From: Massalongia carnosa | Taxonomy: Eukaryota | Length of the DNA: 64,000 nucleotides | Assembly (NCBI GenBank): GCA_965645245.1 | Contig: OZ287072.1 | Coordinates: 496,001-560,000, forward strand | Direction of reading: 5' to 3' | Shown here: piece after piece, positions 11,856-25,149 of the stretch | Layout of the letters: every line of letters begins with the position of its first letter | How positions within the stretch are numbered: position 1 is the stretch's first letter | Program-made: the position numbers and the translations under genes | The notes under the pieces: model-generated | The model's database searches: none | Seen by the model: the letters and a program-made list of their open reading frames with translations, nothing else | Told to the model about the DNA's origin: nothing

Positions 11856-13145
11856 GGGCTATTTTTGTTTTTTTTCCTGCACCATAAGGATTATCAGTTA
11901 AGTTTACGTTCGATGAGTTTGAAGGAGTGTTTAGATAGAGAATTGGCCTGGCTTGCCTAGTGAGTTAGAAAGAGCTTGAAGAACTTTAAAGAATAGCGAA
12001 GCAGATGTTGCAGCACCGGACAGGTTTACATGTCTTATGTTGAAATGAGAAGGAGTCCTTCGATATCGAGATTACTGAGCACCCTGATTAGTGATTAGGT
12101 ACACACAAAGTTAGCCGAGGCAGGCTTTTGCATGACCCGTTTTGCCCACCCTCTCGTCTGACAATTGGCATTCTTCACTCTGTATCGGTTAGACTATAAA
12201 TATGACACCTTCGTTGACCATTAACAACTTGAAGCGCATTGGTAGTTTCCTCTCTCCAAATCTTGATTACTGATATCTTTGCTCGGTAATCGGGCTCATA
12301 AGGTACCTTCCATGATGACATACTCGAACCGACTAGGTACCTAGTGCCTGAATCATTCTTCGCCTGAATGCTGAAGAAGTCTTAGATTGACGTAAAAGAA
12401 AGTGTATGAAGAAAAAGTCGATAAAGGAAGGCGTTTGATAACTGCTTTGCTAGATGGTTCACCAAAATGGTTAAGCCATATACATGAGGATGATGTGAGA
12501 ACAAGGCGGATGAAACAAAGGATGGCGAGTTTTCCAACGCTGATTGAGAGTACCCATCACCCCCAGGAACGAAGGAAGACATGTAAAAGACAGCGGGAGT
12601 CTTAACCCTCCAGATGGATTTGGCGAGCGCTTGCGGCCAATCCCGACAGTTTTTTTTGATAAATATATATCAACTACCGATTGCTCTTGCAGCAGAAACA
12701 AACGCGCGGGTGAAGAAGCGAAATCACCTCTCAAACGGGAGCAAACCAGACACATCTGTTGTCTGGGGTAGATCAAATGTAGACTTTGTTGAAGTCTGAG
12801 GGCGGGTTTGTGGTGGATGGAGCAATGTTCTTCCTCCCTAGGGTAACCATTAGCCTATTGGCTATCTTTAGATCTCATGGGAATGAGTCATGTAGACGCA
12901 CAGTAAGATAGACTAGACGCATCTACTCGGGCAACGGAAACATAGGTCAGGTAAGATTTTGGCTGCAAACTCGGAAAAACTTGTAATCGGTAAATCCAAC
13001 CTGCTGGTGCAGTATATAGTTCAAACTACCTAGTCAACGATAAGGCAATCGTAGCTAGGAGGAACCCGGGGAAACGGTTAGGCAAGGCAATCTCAGGGCA
13101 CAGAACAACATACCCATATGCTTTGATTTTCGGACCGAGATCAGA

Positions 13146-15476
13146 TCATCCTATACAAAACTCTCCGCTAACGCCTTGAAACTGCTCGATCCTACCTGTC
13201 ACAGGTGTCTTTGATGCGCCATAATATCGAATTCTATAAACACCGCCGATCTCAACCCCAGGCTCAATCTCCCATGTGATAGTAACCTCGCTCGTCCCCA
13301 AAATAGTGTTGACTCTTCTCCACTCGAAAATCAGGCTCCAGTCCGCATCGTCCCGTATCATCTCCCATGGTCCCCTCCCGGCTCGTCTTTCAACAGATGC
13401 ATACGTCTTTTCCAAACGCAGATCGTTACGAGGGTTCGCACCAACGAAGGTGACGCTGACCTTGTTACCACGCGTGTAGGCAGCGTGAACATCAGATAGT
13501 ACGTCACCGAAAGATTTGAAGAATGGAGCGCGGTCAAAAATAACGCCCCTTATAAAGCTAAAGGAGCGGTCAATATTGATGGGAGGCGATGGACCGGGCG
13601 ATAAAGGTTTTTTTGGAGGTTGCGATGATAAGTAAGGAAGGAATTGAGTGGTGAGATTGACATAAGCACTGAGCGTGTTTGGGCCGTAGAGAGTCGAGGC
13701 ACCTTCGTATCGTTGAATATTGTACTCCTCTTCAGTAGCAATGTAGTGCGTATAGCTATTTGCAGGTCCACCTAATACAACAACGGGTTCTTCGGCTGTC
13801 AGAGACGAGAGCACGGCCGAGGACGCAAGGGACTCCTTCCAGCGCCTGCCTGCCATGGTCGTAGCTTCTCCGGGGCTAACAATGATGAGAAGCTGGCCAA
13901 CTCGTAGGAGTTGGATATCCACCACATTAGGACTCCATGGATAGGGGTTCTCGATCTCGCCAACATCGAGAAGGATGGGTTTAGGAGCATGGCAATTTTT
14001 CTGTTCTTCACTAGGCTCTCGGAGAAAGCCACTAACGACTGACCAAACGGGGTTTGCGTTCGGAGATCCACTGTTATTTTGTTTGAAATCAAAAGCACCT
14101 GGTCCATCTGTAGTGCCTGCAGCAAATGAGTAACCAAGCGCGGCTGGACATGTCGTTGCTAACGATCCATTCGGGAGCTGAAACGTAAAGTTTGAAAAAT
14201 TGTGGAACGTATGAAGTGACTTGACTACGGACTCTCGCACGGCTATCCCAGTGTCATGCAACGACTCGTAAAGAACCTTTGCGCCAACAAATTGCCTTCG
14301 CCCAATCTCAAAACAGCTTGAAGCACCTTGGTCTTTCTCCCTGAAAAAAGGTCCTCTCCCATGACACAGCTTCTTGCCACCACAGGTGCTATCCTCAAAA
14401 TTGCACTCCTCACCGATTCCGTCTTCACAGTACGCGCCAAGCACGTTGGGTGAAGTATCTCCAACGTTTGCCTGAGAGAAGCCAGCAATAAAACTCTCGT
14501 CCCCCGAGCCTGATTTTTGAACATCTTTCTCAAGAAGACGGGCAGCAACACCTTTGTTGTCGCCCGAGATCAAGGTGTTGTTGCCGAGCATTGACGTGCC
14601 ATGTACAGGAAACCACGTGAGTACCCCCAAATCCTTGCCATCCTCAGCGCTCTTAAATCTAAGTAGGACCATAGTCTTATCCACGTTGTGCTCATATCTT
14701 GCTCTCTCCTCAACAGGATTTGCAAGATATGCGTAGAGACTCCGATTTATGTTTGCGTTTCTAATTTGTGCGGATCCAATGCTGAGGTAGCCAGGTCTCA
14801 AGTTCTGATGTGCTCTTCGGATCGAAAGAAGTGCCCCGTCTATGATGGCTTGATAGCTTTGCTTGTGGAAGCCTTTGCTGGTGATTTGAGGTAGAAGATA
14901 ATTCAACCATGCACCTGGCCCTGAATGAGAATGTGTTCCCGTCACAGCTACGTTCTTCCGGGTGTATATAAGATACTCATCACCCAGTTCCCGCAGTCCT
15001 TGAAGAATGCCATACCGAACCGCAGTATCTCCTGACTGAACATCTAAAACCAGGTACACAAAGCGATCCTCAAGCTTGTTGATATCCCCAATAATGAACG
15101 CTCGAGAGTAGAGCCTTTGGCGCAGGCCTGAACCTACCTGGTTTGGATCAGCGTAACCCATCAAATTGATCTCAACAACAGGTCTGGCCAGGTTGTTTTA
15201 GCGGAAATAAAGTAAACCAAAGCGCTCGAACTCATACCCTGTAATGTCAGCCTTTCCAACACCTAGTAGATATTTAGTCCCATCTCCCCAGACGCCAGGA
15301 TCAGCATTTAGAGGATTTATTGGGATCTGGCGTGATTTTTGATGCCAGAATGATGTTTCGTATCTTGCATGTAGGAACTCCAGCTCTGGGAAGCCAAAGC
15401 TTAACAAAAGGTGGAAGATGATGAGCAGCGCAGTGGTGGCGAACAACAATGCTGTGGCAATGGGAAGGCGCGTCAT
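13146..15476 (-). CDS. neutral/alkaline non-lysosomal ceramidase
   Basis: N-terminal anchor helix and GVGKADITG|PVVEINLMGYA across intron 15237-15184. Also GLRQRLYSRAFI, GTHSHSGPG, HGTS, GDNKG, GDTSPN, AAGTTDGPG, QRYEGAST and GANPRN. Confidence 0.95.
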
Positions 15477-15901
15477 GCTTCTCGATGTGCTCTCTGCTAC
15501 CCCATCGACGACATATATGTTAATTGCTAATCCCCTCCTTCTTATTTTGAGGCTGAAGATTGCACGTCTGAAAGGTGAGAAAATTGAAGGATTCCAAGCG
15601 ACGGAGAGTTGTAGACATACCACTACGGCGCACCAATCAAATGCTTTTTGACAGTTGACAGGTTGACAATCGTAAATATCCTTTTTGTAACACTTTCTAC
15701 AATAGACATTGCATATCAAAAAATACTTAACTTTGCAGCAAGCAGCTAACTGCTCAAGCTGCATGTTCACTCTACTAAAAATAATGCAAATTTGGACACT
15801 CGGGTGATTCCTAAAATGTTTGCTAGTCGTACGGACTACATCCATCTTCATCGATAGCTTTGAGGGGTCTGGAGAGTAAGCTATTGCTCGAGTGAGCAAG
15901 C

Positions 15902-18900
15902 ATGTCCGAGCATGACCAGTACCATGGTGCGGGCTATCAAACTCCATATGATGACCCTCGAAATCTAAAGGCACGAAGCCAACCTGCAGCACCTCACCGT
16001 CCTCAAGTAGCTGCCACTCCCATAGGATACCAGCAGACAGGGTCTTCTTACAGCCAGCAAAGCCACCATGGAAATGAATTGCCTAACAGCTATCAGACGC
16101 AGGGAGCGGCAAGTCAAGAGCAAAGTTACTTTCCACCGCAAGGACAGGCAGGAGATGGACAAGTGGGTGGACTGGCTTCACAGTTGGGAAATATGGGCAT
16201 CGGCGCAGAAGTAAATGCTGTCAGTCGGCCAAACAAGAAGAAAAACCGGCATGCGCACCATAATCTTGATCAGCCCTCCGGGACTTCACAGGCGTTCAAT
16301 GGGATACCTCAGGGCCCGGTCAACCCCACGCAGTACTTGAACACAGATCCTTCCCAGCAGCTAAGTCCTGGACATCCATACGCTGGTCAACAGATAACTT
16401 CTGCCATGAGTCAATTTCCTGCACAAGCTGGCTCTCAATTCTCGCCGGGCCTCCCACCATCAAGTCCAAATTTTGGGAGTCAGAATCTTGGAAGCCCAAA
16501 TCCATCCTTGCCAATTCCAAGCGGTCCTGGGGTCTCAGCACAAGGTCGAGTTGACCCAGAACAAATACCTAGCATACCAAGATCCCGAGATGCAGCGGCG
16601 GAATATTATCTTAGTCACACCTACCCTACAATGGCGCAGCATCTGCCTCCGCCTGGCGTTGTACCATTTGTGGCCTACGACCAAGGTAATTCCTCACCAA
16701 AGTACGCCCGGTTAACTCTCAATCATATTCCGTCCACATCAGAAGCTCTTTCTGCCACTGGTCTGCCTCTAGGTCTCGTCTTGCAACCACTTGCCCCTGT
16801 TCAAGAAGGCGAGCAAGCCATTCCAGTCTTGGATTTTGGCGAATCGGGTCCGCCTCGCTGTCGGCGGTGTAGAGCATATATCAATCCATTTATGACGTTT
16901 CGGTCAGGGGGCAACAAGTTTGTCTGCAATATGTGTACTTTTCCGAATGATGTGACTCCTGAGTACTTTGCACCGACTGACCCATCTGGTGTTCGCATCG
17001 ATAGAGCGCAACGACCAGAGCTGACTACAGGAACAGTGGAATATCTAGTGCCTAAAGAATATTGGGCAAAGGAACCTGTAGGATTACACTGGCTTTTTCT
17101 TATCGATGTTGGCCAAGAGGCTGTTACGAAGGGATTTCTAGACGCGTTCTGCGAAGGTATTCTAGGTGCTCTGTACGGAAAAGCAGATGATCTAAATGGC
17201 GAGGCAAATAATGGGAATAATCATGAATCAAGAAGTATACCTCCTGGTGCAAAGGTGGGGTTTGTTACATTCGACAAGGCTATGCACTTTTATAATTGCA
17301 GCGTATGTATCCCCCCCACCCATTCTACCTTCACATTTGATTAACGAGTTAAGCAGGATAAGCTAGAACGAGCGCAGATGCTGGTTATGCCTGACGTTGA
17401 AGATCCATTTGTCCCCCTCGGCAGTGACGGCCTTTTCGTTGACCCCTATGATTCAAAGTTTGTCTGTGCCCCTTGGTGAAATAATTACCGGGCTAATCGT
17501 CAAAGATCGGTTATTACATCGCTCCTCGCACAATTACCAGTTCTGTTCTCAGAGATCAAGAATCCAGAGCCAGCCTTGCTACCAACACTTGATGCCGCGC
17601 TATCAGCACTATCAATCACAGGTGGAAAAATAATTTGCTCTTTGTCTGCCTTGCCAACCTGGGGCCCTGGCCGATTATTCCTGAGGGATGAGGGTAAATT
17701 GCATGGTATTGAAACCGAAAAGAAACTATTTCAGACTGAGCATCCTGAATGGAAGAAGACGGCGGGTAAGATGGTTGAAAATGGAGTAGGCGTTGACTTT
17801 TTCATTGCTGCTCCCGGCGGAGGATACATGGATATCGCCACTATAGGTGTGTTAGCAGCACGTGTCGCCTTCACCATGGACTCCTGCTGACGACATTGTA
17901 CCAGGGCATATTGCCGCCGTGACTGGTGGAGAAACGTATTTTTACCCAAACTACACTGCCCCTCGAGATACGTTCAAGCTCTCGCAAGAGATTAAACATA
18001 CGATATCCCGAGAGACTGGGTATCAAGCTTTGATGAAAGTACGGTGTTCGAACGGATTACAAGTCTCGTCGTACCATGGAAACTTTTTGCAACATAATTC
18101 TGGAGCTGACCTCGAATTCGGTGTGGTCGACGCTGATAAGGCTATTGCAGTCATGTTTAGCTACGACGGGAAATTGGACTCAAAACTAGACGCTCATTTT
18201 CAGTCCGCGTTATTGTATACCACGGCAAATGGCCAACGCCGGGTACGATGCACGAATACCGTCGCAAGCGTTAACGAAGAAGCCTTGGAGGGTATGAGGT
18301 TCATAGATCAAGATGCCGTCGTCAATTTAATTGCAAAGGAGGGTGAGCTTATTTTCACATTCTTATTCAGGTCCTAGATCCATTGCTAACAGTGACTCCC
18401 AGCTGCAACGAGAATGACCGAACGATCACTAAAAGACATACGAAACGCCCTCACAGAAAAAACCGTCGATATCCTTGCCGGCTATCGAAAAGCCTTTTCA
18501 GGCTCGCACCCCCCAGGTCAACTTGTACTCCCTGAAAACCTCAAGGAGTTTGGAATGTACATGCTTGGCCTCCTCAAATCCCGAGCCTTCAAAGGTATTG
18601 ATTCCCTTTCCGTTCTCCCATTTGGCAGCCCGATGATTCTGATAAAATCTCTCAGGCGGTCACGAACCCTCCGACCGTCGTACTCACACTATGCGCCTCC
18701 TTAAATCCATAGGCACCCTTGAACTCTCTCTCCTTCTCTATCCCCGCATAATTCCTCTGCACTCCCTCCCCCCTGATACGGGCTTCCCTTCCCCGGACAC
18801 CGGTCACCTAGTTCTACCTCCCAGCGTGCGCGCCTCTTTCTCTCGGATCGAGGACGGTGGCGCTTACCTAGTCGACGACGGCCAGACCTGCCTCCTCTGG

Positions 18901-19293
18901 CTGCACGCCAACGTCTCCCCCAACCTCCTTGAAGACCTTTTCGGGCCTGCCATCACCTCCTTGAAGCAGCTTGACCCAATGCTCAGCACGCTCCCAGTAC
19001 TGGATACGCATCTTAACGCGCAGGCGCGCAACTTGCTCGCGTACTGGGGAAGCGTGCGCGGGAGCAAAGCCATGAGCCTGCAGCTCGCGCGTCAAGGGTT
19101 GGACGGGGCAGAGTTTGAGTTCGCCCGCTTGCTAGTTGAGGATCGCAACAACGAGGCGCAGAGCTACGTCGATTGGCTGGTGCATGTGCATCGGTGCATT
19201 CAGCTCGAGCTTACAGGGCAGCGGAAGCGCGAGGATGGTGGAGGGGAAGGCGCGATGGCGGGGTTGACGAGTTTGAGGCCGCCGTATTGGTAG
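15902..19293 (+). CDS. SFB3: COPII cargo adaptor, Sec24-related Sfb3/Lst1 (SEC24C/D-type), multi-exon
   Basis: Q/P-rich N-terminus, zinc finger PPRCRRCRAYINPF...CNMC, trunk domain (LFLIDV), MKVRCSNGL, FQSALLYT...RRVR, GQLVLPENLK and gelsolin-like LVEDRNNEAQSYVDWL. The coding region is split by short GT-AG introns. Confidence 0.9.
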
Positions 19294-20300
19294 TGTGGAT
19301 GGTTCGGGGGCTTGTTGTGGGGAGGGGTTTGTATATGGTCCATGTGGGTTGTTGGTTCAGGTGGTCTATTGTTATTTCGACCTTACTTTTCCAGCGATAG
19401 TATCGATATCATTTTCCAAAAGAAATGAAACAACGGCGCGAAGACTTTTATAGATTCGTTTTCGAGACTCTGTCCTCATCTCCATTCTAGGGCTTCCCAT
19501 TTTCTTTTCCTTGCTTTCTCTCCTCGCGGATAATATTGCACTCGTTAGTTAAAGGTATCCATTCCTCTCGATCCCTTCGCCGACTTAACATAACCTCTTC
19601 AAACAAAAACCCACCCCCCTTCCTTGAAAAATATCTAGGTATTTCCTCTCTTCCACTTACCTCCCCTAACCCTACCCTGCCACGAAGCGTTTTCCGCTCC
19701 CCTTACCCAGGCGCCCGTTTTCTCAGGCTTACATAACCATCCCACCCACCTGAAGCTAAACCCACGGTTTTACCCGGGTAACAACAAGGTTTCTGAAGAA
19801 ACCAATCGAGTGCTCGTCAACGGAAGAAAACCCCCAGGGGACGCTAGACAGTTTCGGGGGATGTTTCGTCCTGGGTTCTCGAGACTTGGTGTTTTTGGTC
19901 CAGCGGAGGGGGCGCGGGGGTCCTAGGGTGGTTGGTTGGTTGGGAACACGAGAAGATTAGCCGTGGGAGGAGGGAGAGAGAGTTATGGAGAGTGCGGGAA
20001 ATAGTGCGAAGCAAGAAGATTCAAATTTAGAAAAGATTTGTAACGAATTAATGAACTAATGATGGAAGGGAATATGATGCTGCCGCAGCTGATAAGGGAA
20101 AGGAACATTAAATAAGTATATAAGCCGGCCGAAGAAATTACAAGAATATATGCAACCTAGATAGATATACACCCTCCCCCTTCCCCCAAATGTTATCCGC
20201 TCAAACATTATTCGTCTCACCGTCCATAAATATACAGGAAACTAACCGAAGATCATCATGCAACTCTTTCCGTCTTAATATTCACGGTGGCCCCCCCCCC

Positions 20301-23300
20301 TTACATCGAGAAGAGCCTCCTCAGGCCCGAAACCAATGGATTCTTAACCTTGGGTGGTGGTACAGGACTGCTTTCTCTTCGAACCCTTCGTCTCCTCCCG
20401 TCATCCCTGTCCCTGACACGCTCTCGTTCTTCTTCTCCAACGCTCTCGCGCTTCTTCCTTTCTTCCCTATCCCTAATCCTCGCCTTTTCCCTCCTTTCCT
20501 TTCGTTCCCGATCTTCACGTTCCTGCTCCTCGCGTTCTCTTCTCCTCTCCCTCCGTTGCTTCTGTTCTCGCTCCTCGCGCTCTCTTCTCCTATCCTTTCG
20601 TGCTTGCTCTTCACGCTCCTCGCGCTCCCTTCTTCTCTCCGTCCGTGCCTGCTCTTCACGCGCTTCTAGCTCTTCCCGCTCCTTTCTCATTCGTCTTCTC
20701 TCCCTTCTTGCCTCGTCTTCTTCTTCAATTCTTCGTATTTCTCTCTCCCTTTCGTCATCCCTTCGGCTTTTCTCCCTTCGAAAACTCTCTTCTCCCCGCC
20801 GGGATCCACTCGGCCTCTTTGGCCTCTCATATTTTGGCTCATTGATGCGCAGTAACATCCTAGTATCGCTTTCCGCCTTAACCTGATCCAGTAATCTCGG
20901 TCTGAGCGGCTTGGATTCTATCTCTTTGTGGCTGTAGCTTTTACTTCTCCGATGTGACGACGAGGTGCCAGATTTTGGTCGCTCGGCAGTGGTGCTCTCA
21001 CTAATTCTAGACGACCGTTTACTATGGCGCTTCTCTTTGCTGTCTTTTGCCGAGGTATCGGGCCCAACGGTTGCCTTGGCTGTAGAGGCGCTAACATCGC
21101 TTTCGCGTCGTTTTCTATCAGGACGAGCCTCGTTGCTTTGGTTGGAGGATTTGCTATACCGTCGCTCCCAGCCTTTCCGTCTAGGGCGTTTCTCCGATGT
21201 TGGAGAAGGAGGGCCTTCGGGGGATGGCGCCGCGTCAGCGGAGGGTTCTTCGGCAATAGCGGAGTCAATAGCTATTGAGGTTGGCTCTGGAGCGACATCT
21301 GCGGGAGCTTCCTCGGCTAGTGGAGTTGCTTCCGCTGCCACTTCTACTACAGCTTGAAGGGTTTCTGCAGGAGCCTGGTCAGCAGATGGATTCTCACCTA
21401 TCACTAATTCTACAGCAGCCTGTTCGGTAGCCGGAGGTGTGTCTGCAAAATCTTCGGTAAGTGAAGCTAGCTCTAGGACTGGATCTATCGCAGCCTCTTC
21501 GGCAACTGGAGGGTCAGCTGTAGAAGTCTCTTCCATAGGTGGAGCTAGCTCTGGGACTGAATATATCGTATTCCCTTCAGCAGCTGGAAAGGCGTCTACA
21601 GGAACCTCCTCCGCTTCTGCGGCCGATGCTAAAACAGCCTCTTCGGTAACTGGGGGGTCGATTGTAGGAGTCTCTTCAGTAGGTGGAGCTGACTCCGGAG
21701 CTGGATCTACTGCAGCCCCTTCGGCAACTGGAGGGTCAGCTGTAGGAGTCTCTTCCATGGGTGAAGCTGGCTCTGGGACTGGATTTATTGTAGTTTCTTC
21801 AGCAGCTGGAGGGGCGTCTACAGGAGCCTCCTCCGCTTCTGCGACTGATTCTAAAACAGCCTCTTCGGTAGCTGGAGGCTTGATTGTAAGACTCTCTTCG
21901 GTAGCTGGATCTACTGCAGCCTCTTCGGATGGAGGGTCGGTTATAGAAGTCTCTTCCGTAGATGGAGCTGGCTTCGGGACTGAATCTACTGCAACTTGTT
22001 CGATAGCTGGATTGTCAGCTATAGAGGTTTCTTCTGTAGTTGAAACTGGCTCCGAGACTGCATCAACTCTAGCCTTTTCAACTGGAGGAGTATCTGCAGA
22101 AGCCTCTTGGGTAGATGTGACTGCCTCTGCAACCAGCTTTGAAGTAGTCTCTTGGTTAGCTGGAATAGCGTCCGTATTTTCTTCGGTATGTGGAACTGGG
22201 TCTGCGGCCGGCTCTGCAACATCATTCGCAGCAGCTGAAGGGGTTTCTGCCGCAGCAGCTTCGGTTGGCGAAGAACCATCCGCGGAAGTTTCTTCTGCTA
22301 CTGAATCTAGCTCTGTGGCTATTTCCACAGCAGTCTCTTCAGCAGAAGTAGCGTCTGTAGGGGTATCTTCTGTGGATAGGGTTGGCTCTGTAACTTGGTC
22401 TATCGCAATCTCCTCAGCAGCTAAAGCTGTCTCTTTGGTCTGATCTACAGCAGACTCTTCTTTTGCTAGAGTTGAGTCTACGTCCGCAGTTGCATCAGCC
22501 ACGGCTGTGTCGGCCCCCGCTGGGGGAGCTAAAAGAGCATCACCTGATGGCGCGGCTTCCTCTGAACTTGACACTTCGTCTGGCATAGATGTGGAGTCCG
22601 TAGTTGGGTGTGTTTCAGTTGACGTTTCCTCTGAGTAAGCCGTATCCTCGGCCGTTTCTGCTGTTGGGAAAGCCGAAGTTTCTGCAGCGGGCGTAACTCC
22701 AGCAGGTACCGCAACTTGCTCTTCCAAAGAAGTTGAGCCTGATATTTCCTCGGTGTCTTTTGTGCTAATAGCTAGGGCCTCTAGGGAGTCTTGATCAATA
22801 ATCTCACTAGCTTTCGCAGTTTCTGCAGACTCAGGGGCCGTGTTCTCCTCGATGGATTTAGATTCATCCACAGGAGGAGTTTCTCCACCTACGGCAACTT
22901 CCTCATCTTTTTTAGTCTCTTCAATGCGAGTAGGATCCACATCTAGCACCACTTCTTTAGGCGTATTCTCCTTTCCTTCAGTCTTCCCAGGACCTGGCAT
23001 ATCGCTATTAACTTCAGATGGAGAACACTCGTCCACGGCAGATTCTTCTGCAACCGTTTCGCTCTCTGGATTTTCCATTCCTGGGACCTTCTCTTCGGTA
23101 TTTTCAAGATCGACCAGTTTTTCCGCTTCAGCACCCGGATTCAAGCTTTCAACTCCACCTGCGCTAGGCTCAACTGGAGTTTTTTCTGCCGACTCCTCGA
23201 CAGTTTCATGATTTGCAGTACCTCCAGAAAGATCGGACGGGGTGCCTTCTTCTATCGGATTCCCCGAGTCTTGCGCTGCATTTGTTGAGTCGTCCTCTTC

Positions 23301-25149
23301 AACGTCTGCTTTGCGTAAAGTTTGTTCAGTGGAGGGTATTTGGGTATCTTCTGCTACTGCTGATGTATCAGGTGGAGGTTGATCATTTGCTGATTCTTCT
23401 TTTAAAGACTCTACAATTTCGGCTTCTTCTGGTAATTTTTCAGCGTTGTCCGTAGCAGTCGTAGGCTCTGGTGATGGAGTTAGATCAACATGAGAAGATT
23501 CATGTTGAATTTTTTCTTGAAGCAGTGTTTCTGCGTTAGCCTCCGCGGGCGATATCTCGCCTGGAGAGTCTTTAGCGGCCTCAGAAACCTCTTGAGTAAG
23601 CGTGGTGTCAGATGAGACAACCTCAGCCAGAGCTCCATTGACGGGAACAGCATCGCCCGAGGTACTCCCAGACGCAGATATGTTAGTTTTAGGGTCATCG
23701 GTGAGAGAAGCATCACCCAGAGCGTCTGTAGCAGGAGTTCCTTCATTTGAACAGGTATCATGTGACGACACGTCGGCCGGGCTACCATCGGTGGCAACCT
23801 CATCAGCAGCAGAAGCATCGGCAGCAGAAGCATCGGCAGGAGAGGCATCAGCAACAACTTCAGTAGAAGGTTCTTCGACCGGAGCTGGGTCAGGCGTTGC
23901 ATCTGAAATAAGGGCCTCGGATACGGCTGCATCCGTTGGCGTTGGTTCTGACGTAGGGGCGTCGATGAGATCCTGTTCTGCTGTAGTTAAGTCTGACTTG
24001 GAAGTATCCTCCGATATTGGGGCTGGCTTCCGCTTTCCCTTCTTCTCCTTTCCTTCCCGCTTCTTGCTAGAATTGCCTTTTGTCGTCGCCTTAGTCCCCT
24101 TTGCCGACTTTTCGGCCTTCACAGGCTTCTCCTCTATCTCCACTATTTCCACCTTCGCCGGCTTCATCGCTTTTGTAACCTTGCGTTCTCTTACAATTTT
24201 TTCTCTCCCAGACTTGTGCGACTTAGACTTTTCAGCTGGCGCTTCTGGAGTAGGAGATAGTAACGTAGAATCAGCATTCTCGTCTGCGCCCGGAAGAGTA
24301 TCTTCTGCAAAAGTCACAGTATGAGTTACGGCTGGGGGTTCCGAACGGGGTTCCAACGGAGGATCCGAAGGGGGAGGATCTGGAGAGGATTCGGACGTAG
24401 CTGCCGTTGTCGCATCGTTAGAAACTGCTGCTGAGGTTTCTGATGAATTGTTCGTCTCTTCGGGTGTTATGGTATCCGCTGGAGTCTCGGCTTCCTGTCG
24501 CCTGTAAGCCACATATTTCTTTCAATATGATGAAACACCGTCTGCTTACAATACCTCCAATACCTTCCCCTTCAGCGCCAGCAGAATCACTTCCTGCAGC
24601 AGGATCGATGGGAGCAAATTCAGCTTCCTTGCGTTCATTTGTATCTTCTAAATTAGGCTCTTCAACACCTACACCACCTGCAGTTGGTTCAGCATCGGGC
24701 TTAACGTTCTCTATCGGTGCCTCGGAGATTTCAATGGCCTCCGCTGAATTATCTTCTTCTGGAGCTGGATCAGTCTTGGCGCCGGTCGCTGGACCTTGGT
24801 CCCCTTCTACAGAATCGTTTGTTGGTTCTCCACTTTCCGCTTCGGGGCTCTCTCCGGAATCTGCACCTAGGTAGAGTGATTTAGCATGTGTTATGCCGAA
24901 AATACAAAGGAAGTCCAAACCAGCACTTGTCTCTGGTGCAGCCTCAGAAGCAGCTGTCTCTGCTTCTTCCTGGGGTTCGTCTTTTGGAACATCGACCTCA
25001 CCTCCAAACGGGTCTTCTACTTTCTCCAAGAGAGGGGGAGCAGGGGGTTTTTCAATAACGGGAACGTTTGTAAACTGTAGTTTTTTCCGGTCAAATGTCT
25101 GATAGTGGAACGGATCAAGCTTAGCATACGCAAACGAAGTCATTGTCAT
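20301..25149 (-). CDS. very large acidic E/A/P/T/S-rich low-complexity protein with internal repeats and a C-terminal E/R/K-rich charged helix; 5' exons uncertain
   Basis: 1403-aa ORF joined to upstream ORF 24418-25149 by GT-AG introns (~24549-24503, ~24925-24870). Further small exons probably lie upstream to ~25260 or beyond. Confidence 0.75.

Noticed and set aside
15198..15992. 264-aa ORF as a separate gene overlapping SFB3
   Set aside because: Only its part from ATG 15476 is real (ceramidase exon 1). The rest is an upstream open frame from a non-ATG start.
20190..24324. Long + strand ORFs (20287-20886, 21439-22443, 23602-24324)
   Set aside because: Antisense shadows of the low-complexity minus-strand gene.
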